Of a stretch of 30,600 nucleotides of DNA, positions 8,864 to 17,931 are shown piece after piece. The number at the start of each line of letters is the position of its first letter. The stretch's first letter is position 1. The DNA comes from Promethearchaeati archaeon (GTDB lineage: Archaea; Asgardarchaeota; Heimdallarchaeia; Heimdallarchaeales; Heimdallarchaeaceae): NCBI GenBank assembly GCA_013166775.1, contig JABLTJ010000036.1, forward strand, positions 1-30,600, read 5' to 3'. The translations under genes were made by a program, and so were the position numbers. The notes under the pieces are model-generated. The model was not told the DNA's origin and did not search any database. It was given only the letters and a program-made list of their open reading frames with translations.

Positions 8864-10486
8864 ATGGATACTATAGGAGATCTTTATGATGATTTAATTC
8901 GTAAAGATACAAGTTTTCCAGATTCCAAATATTTCTATGGGGCGATTGCTAAAACTTATGGAGATGCTGTTGATTTAGCTTTTCAACTACCAAGACTTGA
9001 TATAAATGAGGTTCGCATGGAAAAGTTGAAAACCATTTTAAGAGGTTTTCATAAGAAACTTGGGATTCTTACACCAAAAGTTGAAGAACATTTAGAAATG
9101 ATACAAGATGGAGTTGTTATAGCTGGACAACAAGCTACTATTTTTGGAGGATCAGGAATAATAGGAAATAAAATAGCAACAGCTGTTAAGATATCTGATA
9201 TTAGTAAGAAAAAAGAAAAACCTTTGGTTCCAGTTTTTCTCATAAATACTCATGATGGAATACAATCAGAAATTACAACTATTCACCTGATGAATAATCA
9301 ATCAGCAAATAGTAAAGCTATTCATCTATCTGATTTAGTTGAAGGTGTAGCTGCTAATACAATTAAAACTGATAATTATAACTGGCTAAATGAGAACTTA
9401 GATATTATTAGGAATATATTTAGTGAATTTAAAACATCTTTAGAAAAAACTGAATATAAATTATACTCTGAAAAAGTAGAACATCTCTTAACATTTCTTA
9501 GAGAAACATATCGCACTTCAAAAACTATTGAAGATTGGATAGCTTTAATTTGGGGAATTCAATCAAACATTATCAATGATTGGGGGGTCATTTATATTCC
9601 ATCATCTAATCCTGAAATAAGGAAGATGACTGCTGAAAGTTTTATTCCCTTCTTAAGAAATAGAAATGAATACATAGACGAGTTCAATCAAGCTACAAAT
9701 AGAATAGCAGAATTGAATCTTCGTCCAACCACAGCAAGAAAAGAAAGTGATTATTCTCCCTTCTTCTATGAATGTCCAAATGATGGTTTCCGGGTTACTT
9801 TTTCTTGTTCAGAAGATAATAATGATGTGGTTTTCCAAGGTAAATGTCCTCTAGATAAAGAAGAATATAGCATCAAAGTCAATAAGGATGACATTGATTT
9901 ATCAGATTATGCTACTAATCTATCTCCAAGATTAGATACAAACCAAGCTCAACTTCAAACAATTTTACCCACATACATCAGAGTTTCAGGGCCAGGAGAG
10001 ATAAACTACAATGCTCAAGTAATACCTGCTGTTAGAAAAATAGGAATTAATTATCCATTATATGTAAAATATAATAGAATACATTACAATACTCCATGGA
10101 TAGAAAAAATATCAAAAGATCCTTCACTAGAATCACACACCTTATTTTCTTCAGAGTTTTTCAAAACACTTGGAGTTTTATCTAGAGCTAGGAGGAAGGA
10201 TGAGAAAGAAGAACTGCATAATGCATCCAACTTACTTTCTGAGAAACTAATTTCAAAGATTACCCTATTAAAATCTATTTCTGAAGAACCAACAAATCCA
10301 ATATCGAAATACAAATCTTGGCAATTTGGTATGTATGATGAATTTCATCAATGGCAAGAAGTTAGCTGGCCTTGGTTTGTAATGGCATCAATTTCAGGAA
10401 TAGGAGATTACCTTGCTTCGTATTACAGATATTACTCCAAAGACTCATTAGTTGGTGGTATTGGTTACATAAATACCAGATTATAA
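8864..10486 (+). CDS. bshC: Bacillithiol biosynthesis cysteine-adding enzyme BshC-like
   Basis: Motifs VIAGQQATIFGG (cf. TGQQ..LFGGP), PLVPVF, LSP and SGPGEINYNAQ (cf. GGPGE.AY.AQ). The 540-aa length is typical, and it lies next to bshA. Confidence 0.8.
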   Translation: MDTIGDLYDDLIRKDTSFPDSKYFYGAIAKTYGDAVDLAFQLPRLDINEVRMEKLKTILRGFHKKLGILTPKVEEHLEMIQDGVVIAGQQATIFGGSGIIGNKIATAVKISDISKKKEKPLVPVFLINTHDGIQSEITTIHLMNNQSANSKAIHLSDLVEGVAANTIKTDNYNWLNENLDIIRNIFSEFKTSLEKTEYKLYSEKVEHLLTFLRETYRTSKTIEDWIALIWGIQSNIINDWGVIYIPSSNPEIRKMTAESFIPFLRNRNEYIDEFNQATNRIAELNLRPTTARKESDYSPFFYECPNDGFRVTFSCSEDNNDVVFQGKCPLDKEEYSIKVNKDDIDLSDYATNLSPRLDTNQAQLQTILPTYIRVSGPGEINYNAQVIPAVRKIGINYPLYVKYNRIHYNTPWIEKISKDPSLESHTLFSSEFFKTLGVLSRARRKDEKEELHNASNLLSEKLISKITLLKSISEEPTNPISKYKSWQFGMYDEFHQWQEVSWPWFVMASISGIGDYLASYYRYYSKDSLVGGIGYINTRL

Positions 10487-11602
10487 TTTATCTAAAGTTT
10501 TCGAATACCATTCTACATATTTATCTGCAATTTTTGATGATTCGAATTTTTCAATAACTTTTCGTCTTCCTTTTTCTCCCATCTTTTTTACAAGATTTTC
10601 ATCATCTAGCAATGCACTCATATATTCAACGAATTCCGTTTTATTGCCTAATTCGTAAATGAATCCATTTATTTTATGATCTAGAACTTCTGGAATGCCC
10701 CCAACATTAGGAGCTATCACTGGAGACTCACACGACATAGCTTCAGCGATAGTCAAACCAAAACTCTCGTTTGTGCTTGCAGATAGAAGAGCTGATCCGC
10801 AGTTATATATGGGAGTTATTGATGTTCTTACTCCTTGGAAGCTAACATGTTCTCGAATTCCAAGTTTATTAGCTATATCCTCACATTTCTTCCTTTCGGG
10901 ACCTTCACCAACCATAATTAATCCAACTTCAGGATAATTTTTTACAATTTCAGCAAATGATTCTACAATGAAAGGAGCGTTTTTAATTGGTCTAAAGTTG
11001 GAAACATGGACAAAATTTTTCTCATATTTAATTCGAAAATCACAAAGTTGTACATCTATTTTCCTATACTTTTCTGTATCAATTGGATTGTAAAGAACTT
11101 CAATATCATTCTTAGCAGAAAATTTTGCTTCAATTTCTCCTTTTAAATAATCAGAGACAGTTGATAGGCCATCAACATTTTCAAAAACATGTGATATTAC
11201 AGGATTATATGCAGGATCTACTCCTAATGTATGAATATCTGATCCATGAGCTGTTATTCCTACTGGAATTTTAGTTATATTTTTAGCTATATAAGCAGAT
11301 ACTCCAACTGGGATTGCATAATGAATATGCAAGAGATCTAGATCCCATTTCTTAACTATATTAACAAGTTTAGAAGCTGCAAGTATTGTATAAGGTGCTC
11401 CGATGTCCCTAAATAGAGGATAGGATAGAATATCAACCAAATCTAAGGTAATGTTAGGGTGTCGAGAAGTACGCAACAAAAAGGGTGTATCATAACTAAT
11501 TAAATGAATATCATGTCCTTTTTTAGCTAGTTCAATTGCTAATTGTGTAGCAACTATTCCAGATCCACCTACTGTTGGAAAACAATTTATTCCAATCTTC
11601 AT
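10481..11602 (-). CDS. bshA: N-acetyl-alpha-D-glucosaminyl L-malate synthase BshA (GT4 glycosyltransferase)
   Basis: The N-terminus MKIGINCFPTVGGSGIVATQL, then YPLF..PY, HIHYAIP, HGSDI, HVSNFRPIK and ESFGL..AEAM, is characteristic of BshA. Confidence 0.9.
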   Translation of the reverse strand: MKIGINCFPTVGGSGIVATQLAIELAKKGHDIHLISYDTPFLLRTSRHPNITLDLVDILSYPLFRDIGAPYTILAASKLVNIVKKWDLDLLHIHYAIPVGVSAYIAKNITKIPVGITAHGSDIHTLGVDPAYNPVISHVFENVDGLSTVSDYLKGEIEAKFSAKNDIEVLYNPIDTEKYRKIDVQLCDFRIKYEKNFVHVSNFRPIKNAPFIVESFAEIVKNYPEVGLIMVGEGPERKKCEDIANKLGIREHVSFQGVRTSITPIYNCGSALLSASTNESFGLTIAEAMSCESPVIAPNVGGIPEVLDHKINGFIYELGNKTEFVEYMSALLDDENLVKKMGEKGRRKVIEKFESSKIADKYVEWYSKTLDKL

Positions 11603-11683
11603 AATGTATGTAGTTTTGATAAGGCATTAAAAAAAATTCTGTATGTAAACATAAATGATGTAAATTTGAACATTCTTGCAGAT

Positions 11684-12235
11684 TTAGTTATTATCATACA
11701 ACTTTGAGATGATTTTTGTTTGGATTTTCACAACATCTTTACTACTCTTTGCTTCCTTATAGGCATCTAAATACTCTTTATTTATTTTATAAAATTCTTC
11801 TCCCCATTTTACCAAGGAGAGGATTTTCATCGCTTGTTTCTTTGCTCCCAATATTATAAGAGAAGCACTAATAGCTTCTAGAGTACTCAATTTTGAAGGT
11901 ACTCCATAGTTTGTAGGATTTGCTGCAACTAGAAAGGGAAGCGCTCTCCCTTTCCCTTTACTTAAAATCTTTTTCCCACTCTCAATATCATTCCATGAGC
12001 AATCAACGCCTACTATTCCGAATTTCTCTGCAAAATCTTTGTCTGCAGGAGATAGAGCTATATCTGAAAAGGGAGTTAGAACAATATTATTAGTTCGAAT
12101 TTTATTTGAATTAATTTCTACAGCTTTATCAAAACGAAGAATACGTGAGGCAGTACATATCTTGGGATTACATGTACGTAGATTGCAAATAAAGACTCTC
12201 AATTCTTTTTCAGTAGGGGAATTCATTATGACCAT
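11684..12235 (-). CDS. tsr3: 16S/18S rRNA aminocarboxypropyltransferase Tsr3 (DUF367)
   Basis: Motifs CNPKICT, LSPADK, VDCSW, RALPFLVAANPTNYG, KLSTLEA and KWGEEFYKIN. Confidence 0.93.
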   Translation of the reverse strand: MVIMNSPTEKELRVFICNLRTCNPKICTASRILRFDKAVEINSNKIRTNNIVLTPFSDIALSPADKDFAEKFGIVGVDCSWNDIESGKKILSKGKGRALPFLVAANPTNYGVPSKLSTLEAISASLIILGAKKQAMKILSLVKWGEEFYKINKEYLDAYKEAKSSKDVVKIQTKIISKLYDNN

Positions 12236-12267
12236 TTTATTATGAGATTTTTTTTCTTAAAGAAAGA

Positions 12268-12344
12268 TGGCAGTCCCGATGCGATTCGAACGCACGACCC
12301 TCTGCTTAGGAGGCAGATGCTCTATCCAGCTGAGCTACGGGACC
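12268..12344 (-). tRNA. tRNA-Arg(CCT), encoded CCA
   Basis: Acceptor GGTCCCG/CGGGACT-G-CCA; anticodon arm TCTGC-CTCCTAA-GCAGA; T loop TTCGAAT. Confidence 0.97.
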
Positions 12345-12455
12345 TTATTGTTTTTCTTTTTTCTCTTTTTAAGAGTTTTACTTTTCATTCTTTATCATTC
12401 AAAAATCAAGTGAGGATAAATCTTATTCTCTATTATTAGCAAAATAATACAGTAG

Positions 12456-13160
12456 TTAAGTTGCAAATGGGTCATATTCTGCAACCTTCTCCTTCAACTT
12501 ATCAATCTTTTTAGTTATAATTGTAATATCTTCCTTAGATTTGAGCTCTTTGAACATATCCAAAGCATCTTCAAACGATCTTAGAGCTGATTGCATCGTC
12601 TCTGGTGATTCCTTTTTTAGATTCTTCTCAGCACTTTCGATATACAAATTAGCTATCCTAATCATCAAATCTTTCTCTTGTTTCTTATTTTTCATCAATA
12701 TTGTGGTTTCCAATGCATCTCTTAGAAATTTTGCAGATTTTTGGGAATCTTTCTCAGCTTCAGCTAATTCTTCAAAATGTTTCATGCTTTTAATTAAAGC
12801 ATTTTTTGCTTTTGTAGGATCTACACATAACAAACATTGTCCAGCTATGAAAAGAGCTTTTGCTTTTTCTTCTGTACTTGTTGTTTTAGCTTCAATTGAT
12901 TCTGCTAATTGTGCTCCGAAGCTAAGTGCTAAGTTTCCTATTTCTAGAAAAATTCGTGACCTGTTCATCAGATTCTTTTCTTTCTTCCAACAATCAGCAG
13001 TTCGATAAGCAAAATATATAGCTTCTTCTGGTTCATTGTTTTTAATAGCCAAAGAAATAAGATGTTCAAAAGTTCGAGCAGCATCTTTGAAACGATTAGC
13101 ATTATAATTTGCATTAGCCTCTTCAATTAATATGTTCATCTTCATCTCAATATCGGACAT
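12456..13160 (-). CDS. All-helical TPR/SNAP-like repeat protein
   Basis: Amphipathic helices with TPR-like A..Y/F..A spacing. The segment KAKALFIAGQCLLCVDPTKAKNAL resembles alpha-SNAP. Confidence 0.6.
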   Translation of the reverse strand: MSDIEMKMNILIEEANANYNANRFKDAARTFEHLISLAIKNNEPEEAIYFAYRTADCWKKEKNLMNRSRIFLEIGNLALSFGAQLAESIEAKTTSTEEKAKALFIAGQCLLCVDPTKAKNALIKSMKHFEELAEAEKDSQKSAKFLRDALETTILMKNKKQEKDLMIRIANLYIESAEKNLKKESPETMQSALRSFEDALDMFKELKSKEDITIITKKIDKLKEKVAEYDPFAT

Positions 13161-13264
13161 TTGTCTCTAAATATATTCTCAGACCCACTTCTTATTTCTT
13201 TTGAATATACTAGTTAAAAATTTCTGAAGAAGGAGTCTAATAAATAAATTGAAATCGCTTCTTG

Positions 13265-14830
13265 CTAGATTTTTGGCCATTTGAAAGCATTTCTCAGATG
13301 CCAGAACCTATACCAATTACTCGGGTCTACCTCTTCTAAAGGTGCATATTGTACTCCAAGAAAATCCAATCTTTTAGAGAAACGAGAAAGACGTCCTCTG
13401 AAATCTTTGTAATTTCTCCTTTCTCTTAGAGACCAACCTGTTTCTGCTATTGCAGAGAGTCTTGGAAAAACTTGCCATTCCAGTCTTTCGATTGTAGGTA
13501 TCCATTCAGTCCAAATAGTTGCTTCAACACCAAGAATATTTGTATAGTATTTTTCATCCAAATCTTTAGGAACTGGTTCAAATGCATATGTTTTCTTCAA
13601 GGGAGTTACGATGTAATTGTAATCAAGATAATAACGGAAAAATCTGGATACAACAACATTTCCCCCTTCCTGAATATGCGTCATTACTTGTTTCTTGTTC
13701 ATTTTCCACCAATGAATAATTACATTTCTATCAATCTTGTTATGTAGAATTTCGTTCCATCCCATTGTAATTATTCCTTTGGATTTCAAAAAGGATGCAA
13801 TTCTATCAGTAAAATAATGATGAAGTGATTGAACTTCATCGATGTTCTCATTTTTCATTCTTCTCTGACATTGACTGCATTCTTTCCATCTCCTCTTTGG
13901 TACTTCGTCCCCTCCGATATGAATGATTTCTGAAGGAAATAGAAATATTACTTCTTCAAGTACATCCTCTAAAAAACGAAAAGTCTCTTCTTGTCCTGCA
14001 CAAAAGATATTTGAAAAAATTCCTGGTTTGATTGCAACATCTAGAATCTCTTTTCGACAACTTAATTCTGGGTGTGAAGCAATTGCAGCAGTTGCATGAC
14101 CTGGCATCTCAATTTCAGGAATAACAGTAATAAATCTCTCTTGAGCATATCTCACAATTTCAAGTATATCTTCCCTTGTGTAAAATCCTTGGTGGGGTTT
14201 ACCTCTATACTTTTTTCCAATATGTTTCACAATTTTGGAATCTTTTCTTTTAGATCCTTTCTCTGTTAGTTTCGGGTATTTTTTAATATCAATCCTCCAG
14301 CCTTGATCATCCGTTAGATGCCAATGAAATACGTTCATTTTCATTAATCCCATAAGATCTAATAAGTGCTTAATAGTCTTAATTTCTTGATAATGTCTAC
14401 TAACATCTAACATTACTCCCCTCCATTTGAAACGAGGTTTGTCTTCTATTTTTATGCAAGGAATCTTCCATTCAGTATTTTTATTGAAAGAAATTTTTTC
14501 ACACTCTGGAGGAAGGAGTTGACGTAATGATTGTAATCCATTAAAAATCCCATGAGGACTAGTTGCAGTCAAACGTACGAAATCAATTGTTACTATAAGT
14601 AAATAACCCTCTGATTCCAACTGAGATAATGTTTGATCTATTTCAAAGATTATACATTCCTTGTCCTTTTTTGATGATGTTCTCTCCAATATCTTATCTG
14701 TTGAATTTAGGATGAATTCTATGAAGAAATCAACTATCTCTTCTAATTCATCATCAAAGAAAATTTGTGTTTTTGAGTTAATAACAAAGGAACCCTCTTT
14801 GTAAAGAATCTTTTCAGGTAATGGAATCAT
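13265..14830 (-). CDS. Beta-N-acetylhexosaminidase (GH20), no signal peptide
   Basis: Motifs DKPRFKWRGVMLDVSRH, FHWHLTDDQGWR, IPEIEMPGHA, catalytic HIGGDE, YLDY and IWTEWI. Confidence 0.95.
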   Translation of the reverse strand: MIPLPEKILYKEGSFVINSKTQIFFDDELEEIVDFFIEFILNSTDKILERTSSKKDKECIIFEIDQTLSQLESEGYLLIVTIDFVRLTATSPHGIFNGLQSLRQLLPPECEKISFNKNTEWKIPCIKIEDKPRFKWRGVMLDVSRHYQEIKTIKHLLDLMGLMKMNVFHWHLTDDQGWRIDIKKYPKLTEKGSKRKDSKIVKHIGKKYRGKPHQGFYTREDILEIVRYAQERFITVIPEIEMPGHATAAIASHPELSCRKEILDVAIKPGIFSNIFCAGQEETFRFLEDVLEEVIFLFPSEIIHIGGDEVPKRRWKECSQCQRRMKNENIDEVQSLHHYFTDRIASFLKSKGIITMGWNEILHNKIDRNVIIHWWKMNKKQVMTHIQEGGNVVVSRFFRYYLDYNYIVTPLKKTYAFEPVPKDLDEKYYTNILGVEATIWTEWIPTIERLEWQVFPRLSAIAETGWSLRERRNYKDFRGRLSRFSKRLDFLGVQYAPLEEVDPSNWYRFWHLRNAFKWPKI

Positions 14831-14947
14831 GAGTAATAGAATAGTAAAATCGTGGGTTATAATATATTTCGCAAAGATATTTCTTTAGATTGGAAGATAG
14901 TAAAAGGTAAAGGTTTTAAAGTACTTTAACTCAAAGCCAATGATAAT

Positions 14948-17410
14948 ATGTCAGCCGCTGATTATTTTCTAGATATATGGAATAACCTCTTGGGGGGAGA
15001 TGTTACAATAATTATTGGTATATTAATTGCTTTGCTAGGATTACTTTTCCTAGTAACTGAAATTAGGACAAAAATCAAGCATGGAACTACTTCTGAAAAT
15101 ATGATGTTGGCTTTAATTGGTCTAACATTCGGATTAGTACTTATCTTGATGAGTGCTTGGCTATTAGCTATCGCTTTAGCATTTTTTGTTCTTGCTGTTT
15201 ATCAAACATATCAGTTGCGAGAATCTCCAGTTTGGCGAGAATTAATGATAACTTCAGTTGCTACATATTTTGTCTTTCTCGTAGGAACAGTTGGTGACAA
15301 AATCTATTTCTTGATCAAAGGTGAGGAAACAGAGATTTTCACTGGTTGGGCATATAATTTGATGATTTATGTATTTCTAATAATGGCTTTAATCTTCTTT
15401 GGAAGAAGATTTATCTTAGTAAGTAGAATGATGTCTCCGCAACTTCTATATCTAGTTCTTTTTGCATTAATCTATGTAATATTATATACAGTTACAAATA
15501 TATTAGAAAATACTGGAACTATAACAGCTGAGAATCTCTCAGTATTTTATCTATCTGCTGCAATTCCTGATAACATAGCTGAAAGAATTATATTCCTTAC
15601 AATTGCACCTTATGAAATTATTATTCTTCTTGCGTTCGGAATGTATTTTATTTCTGGTCCTTTATTAACAAAGCTCCTAGGAATAAAAAAGATAGATGAT
15701 GAAAGAGTTTTAGGAATTGTAGAAGAAGTTAGATTAAAATTAGGTATAAGGAAGAAAATTAAAGTCGGTTTCGTTGAAGCTCCTATCCTAAATGCAATGG
15801 CTTATGGACCATTCTTTGACCAAAGGGTTGCTTTAATAGCTAGGGACTTATCAGAATTTAGTGATGAGGATATCAAGGGGATAGTTGCTCATGAACTAGC
15901 TCATAATTCTAGACTTCATGTTGTGTGGCTTCAATTTATTGCAGCAGCTGAAATGGTGATAAAGAAAGCTTTCTTATTACCAGCAACAACTTTGGATTAT
16001 GCTGCATATCCACAAGAAGTCCCATTTGCAGTTTACTTCTTGATAAATTATGGTATTCTTGCTATATTGCTGATATTCGTAAGAGTTTTGGAAGGAGATG
16101 CTGATCTTCAAACGAAGAAAATAGGATATGGTACAGAACTAGCACAAGTTTTATACAAACTGGAAGGTTTTTACCAAGGAATCGCAGGTGATTTTGGTAT
16201 CAATGTACAACTGTTAACAGGTAAAGAGTTCACAGAAGAGGAAAACCAAAGATTTCTTGGAGAAGCTGGAATACGGTTATACAGACATCTACATAGACCA
16301 GGTAGATGGGATATGTTTGCTAATATTTTCATGTCACATCCAAGATCTGCATATCGAATTGTAGCAATGATTGACGATGAAATTTCTCCAATTAAAGGAG
16401 CACTATTACCATACTGGCTTCTTTTACCAAATTTTATGAGAAGAAAATCTTTGAGGAAACTAAATAGGAAGAGAGATGAATTTGTTGAACTTATTTCAAA
16501 TAAGTACAATTCATTCTATGGTAAAGATGGAGTAAAATCTTTTCTTGAAATTACAAAAATGGATAAATTATTATCAATGCTTCATGGTAGAACTATTGTA
16601 GCTTATGATCACATCGATGATATCGTTGTTGAAGGAAAAGTATCAGGCATTCATATTAGTGATAAAATAAGCAGACCAATTTTTCTGAAAATTCAAAGTG
16701 AGTCAGAAGAGAAACAAATTCAAGTAACAGATTTCATTATTCATGATGCACAATTGAATGAACAATATATTCTCCGAAACGGAAGAATGGGAAAACTAAC
16801 ATCATGGAAAAAATATCCAAAGAAAAATCAACCATTTTTTGTCTTTCAATCATTGGATGATGAATCTAAAACATTCGAAACAAAATATACAGGTAAACCT
16901 GTTAAATTCTTAGAAGGACTTACAGGTAAGGAAGTCTTCTTCTACAAAGAAGGAACTGACAGAATAGCACGTCTGATTAAAACAAATATTGATAATAGTT
17001 TTCAAACATCTGAATTCACATTTGAAGTTGATGAAAAAGGAGAATTTAAGGAACTTAAAATCATGGGGAATGATTTAATTGTTGACCTACCACCTGTTCT
17101 TCTAAGATTTTCCAAAGAGAAAATGGAACATCAAACCAATTTATTAAAATCCCTAATTGGACAATCTGTGATACTGTATACAAAAGAAGAACTCGAAATA
17201 GGAATTGCATGTGAGATATCAGATATTACTGAGGACGAGATAATATACAAGATAAGAGAAAAAGAATCTCGAGTATACAGAAAGAAAGTTGATTACATCT
17301 ATGTCTATGTTAATGTTCCTAAGATAATGATAAAAAGTCATGTATCTTTTCTGGATAGATTGTTATTCAGAATTTCAAACTGGAGAGATATGAGACACAT
17401 AATGGGATAA
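14948..17410 (+). CDS. M48 (HtpX/Ste24-like) membrane zinc metalloprotease with extra N-terminal TMs and a long C-terminal beta-rich extension
   Basis: Motifs LNAMAYG, IVAHELAH (HExxH), LEGDAD (third ligand) and SHPR. It has multiple N-terminal TM helices and is 820 aa long. Confidence 0.88.
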   Translation: MSAADYFLDIWNNLLGGDVTIIIGILIALLGLLFLVTEIRTKIKHGTTSENMMLALIGLTFGLVLILMSAWLLAIALAFFVLAVYQTYQLRESPVWRELMITSVATYFVFLVGTVGDKIYFLIKGEETEIFTGWAYNLMIYVFLIMALIFFGRRFILVSRMMSPQLLYLVLFALIYVILYTVTNILENTGTITAENLSVFYLSAAIPDNIAERIIFLTIAPYEIIILLAFGMYFISGPLLTKLLGIKKIDDERVLGIVEEVRLKLGIRKKIKVGFVEAPILNAMAYGPFFDQRVALIARDLSEFSDEDIKGIVAHELAHNSRLHVVWLQFIAAAEMVIKKAFLLPATTLDYAAYPQEVPFAVYFLINYGILAILLIFVRVLEGDADLQTKKIGYGTELAQVLYKLEGFYQGIAGDFGINVQLLTGKEFTEEENQRFLGEAGIRLYRHLHRPGRWDMFANIFMSHPRSAYRIVAMIDDEISPIKGALLPYWLLLPNFMRRKSLRKLNRKRDEFVELISNKYNSFYGKDGVKSFLEITKMDKLLSMLHGRTIVAYDHIDDIVVEGKVSGIHISDKISRPIFLKIQSESEEKQIQVTDFIIHDAQLNEQYILRNGRMGKLTSWKKYPKKNQPFFVFQSLDDESKTFETKYTGKPVKFLEGLTGKEVFFYKEGTDRIARLIKTNIDNSFQTSEFTFEVDEKGEFKELKIMGNDLIVDLPPVLLRFSKEKMEHQTNLLKSLIGQSVILYTKEELEIGIACEISDITEDEIIYKIREKESRVYRKKVDYIYVYVNVPKIMIKSHVSFLDRLLFRISNWRDMRHIMG

Positions 17411-17562
17411 TCAGAAATTTTCACTCAGAAAAGGTGTAATACATCTTTACACCGAATTCTCCTATTACAAGTTTTTTGTCAATAAAATGATTTTTTTCAT
17501 GTTTTCAGCATAATACACTGATATTAAGGTTTGTTTTTAATAGAGACACAGATTTTAAACTG

Positions 17563-17931
17563 ATGAATGAACAACTGTCTGTCATCAATTATGTACTCAA
17601 GAAAGAATTTTCCTTACGAAATGAAACTGTAAGAGAGAATGCCACCTTTAAATTAGGAAGGCAGAAGTTTGTAATTGATTTTTACTTACAAGGAAAGCAA
17701 ATTGGTATTATTACAATGAATTGGAAACGAACAATTCCAACAAATAAATTATTACAATTAGAGCAACTGATCAAAACTCTAAATCTGAAGAAATTGGTTC
17801 TAATATGTAATTCAATCAGTGGGAACGCTAGAGAATTTCTAGCAAGACGTGATATACCGATTCAAGTAGTTCATCTAAATGAGGTTATATGCAAAGAGAA
17901 AGGAATTGATGATTTTATTTCCTGTTCTTAA
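17563..17931 (+). CDS. Small restriction-endonuclease-fold (Mrr-like) protein, probably catalytically degenerate
   Basis: G.....IDF...IGI.TMNWKRTI...LVLICNSIS..AREF follows the Mrr_cat pattern, but the (D/E)xK motif is missing. Confidence 0.55.
   Translation: MNEQLSVINYVLKKEFSLRNETVRENATFKLGRQKFVIDFYLQGKQIGIITMNWKRTIPTNKLLQLEQLIKTLNLKKLVLICNSISGNAREFLARRDIPIQVVHLNEVICKEKGIDDFISCS

Noticed and set aside
12242-12439. 65-aa plus-strand ORF
   Set aside because: It is antisense to tRNA-Arg(CCT) and has a low-complexity translation.
5705-13747. Short ORFs 5705..5929, 6651..6842, 7505..7726, 9049..9243, 10084..10314, 10372..10557, 10695..10937, 12039..12245, 12541..13008 and 13472..13747
   Set aside because: They are antisense or off-frame shadows overlapping well-supported genes and have no recognisable motifs.
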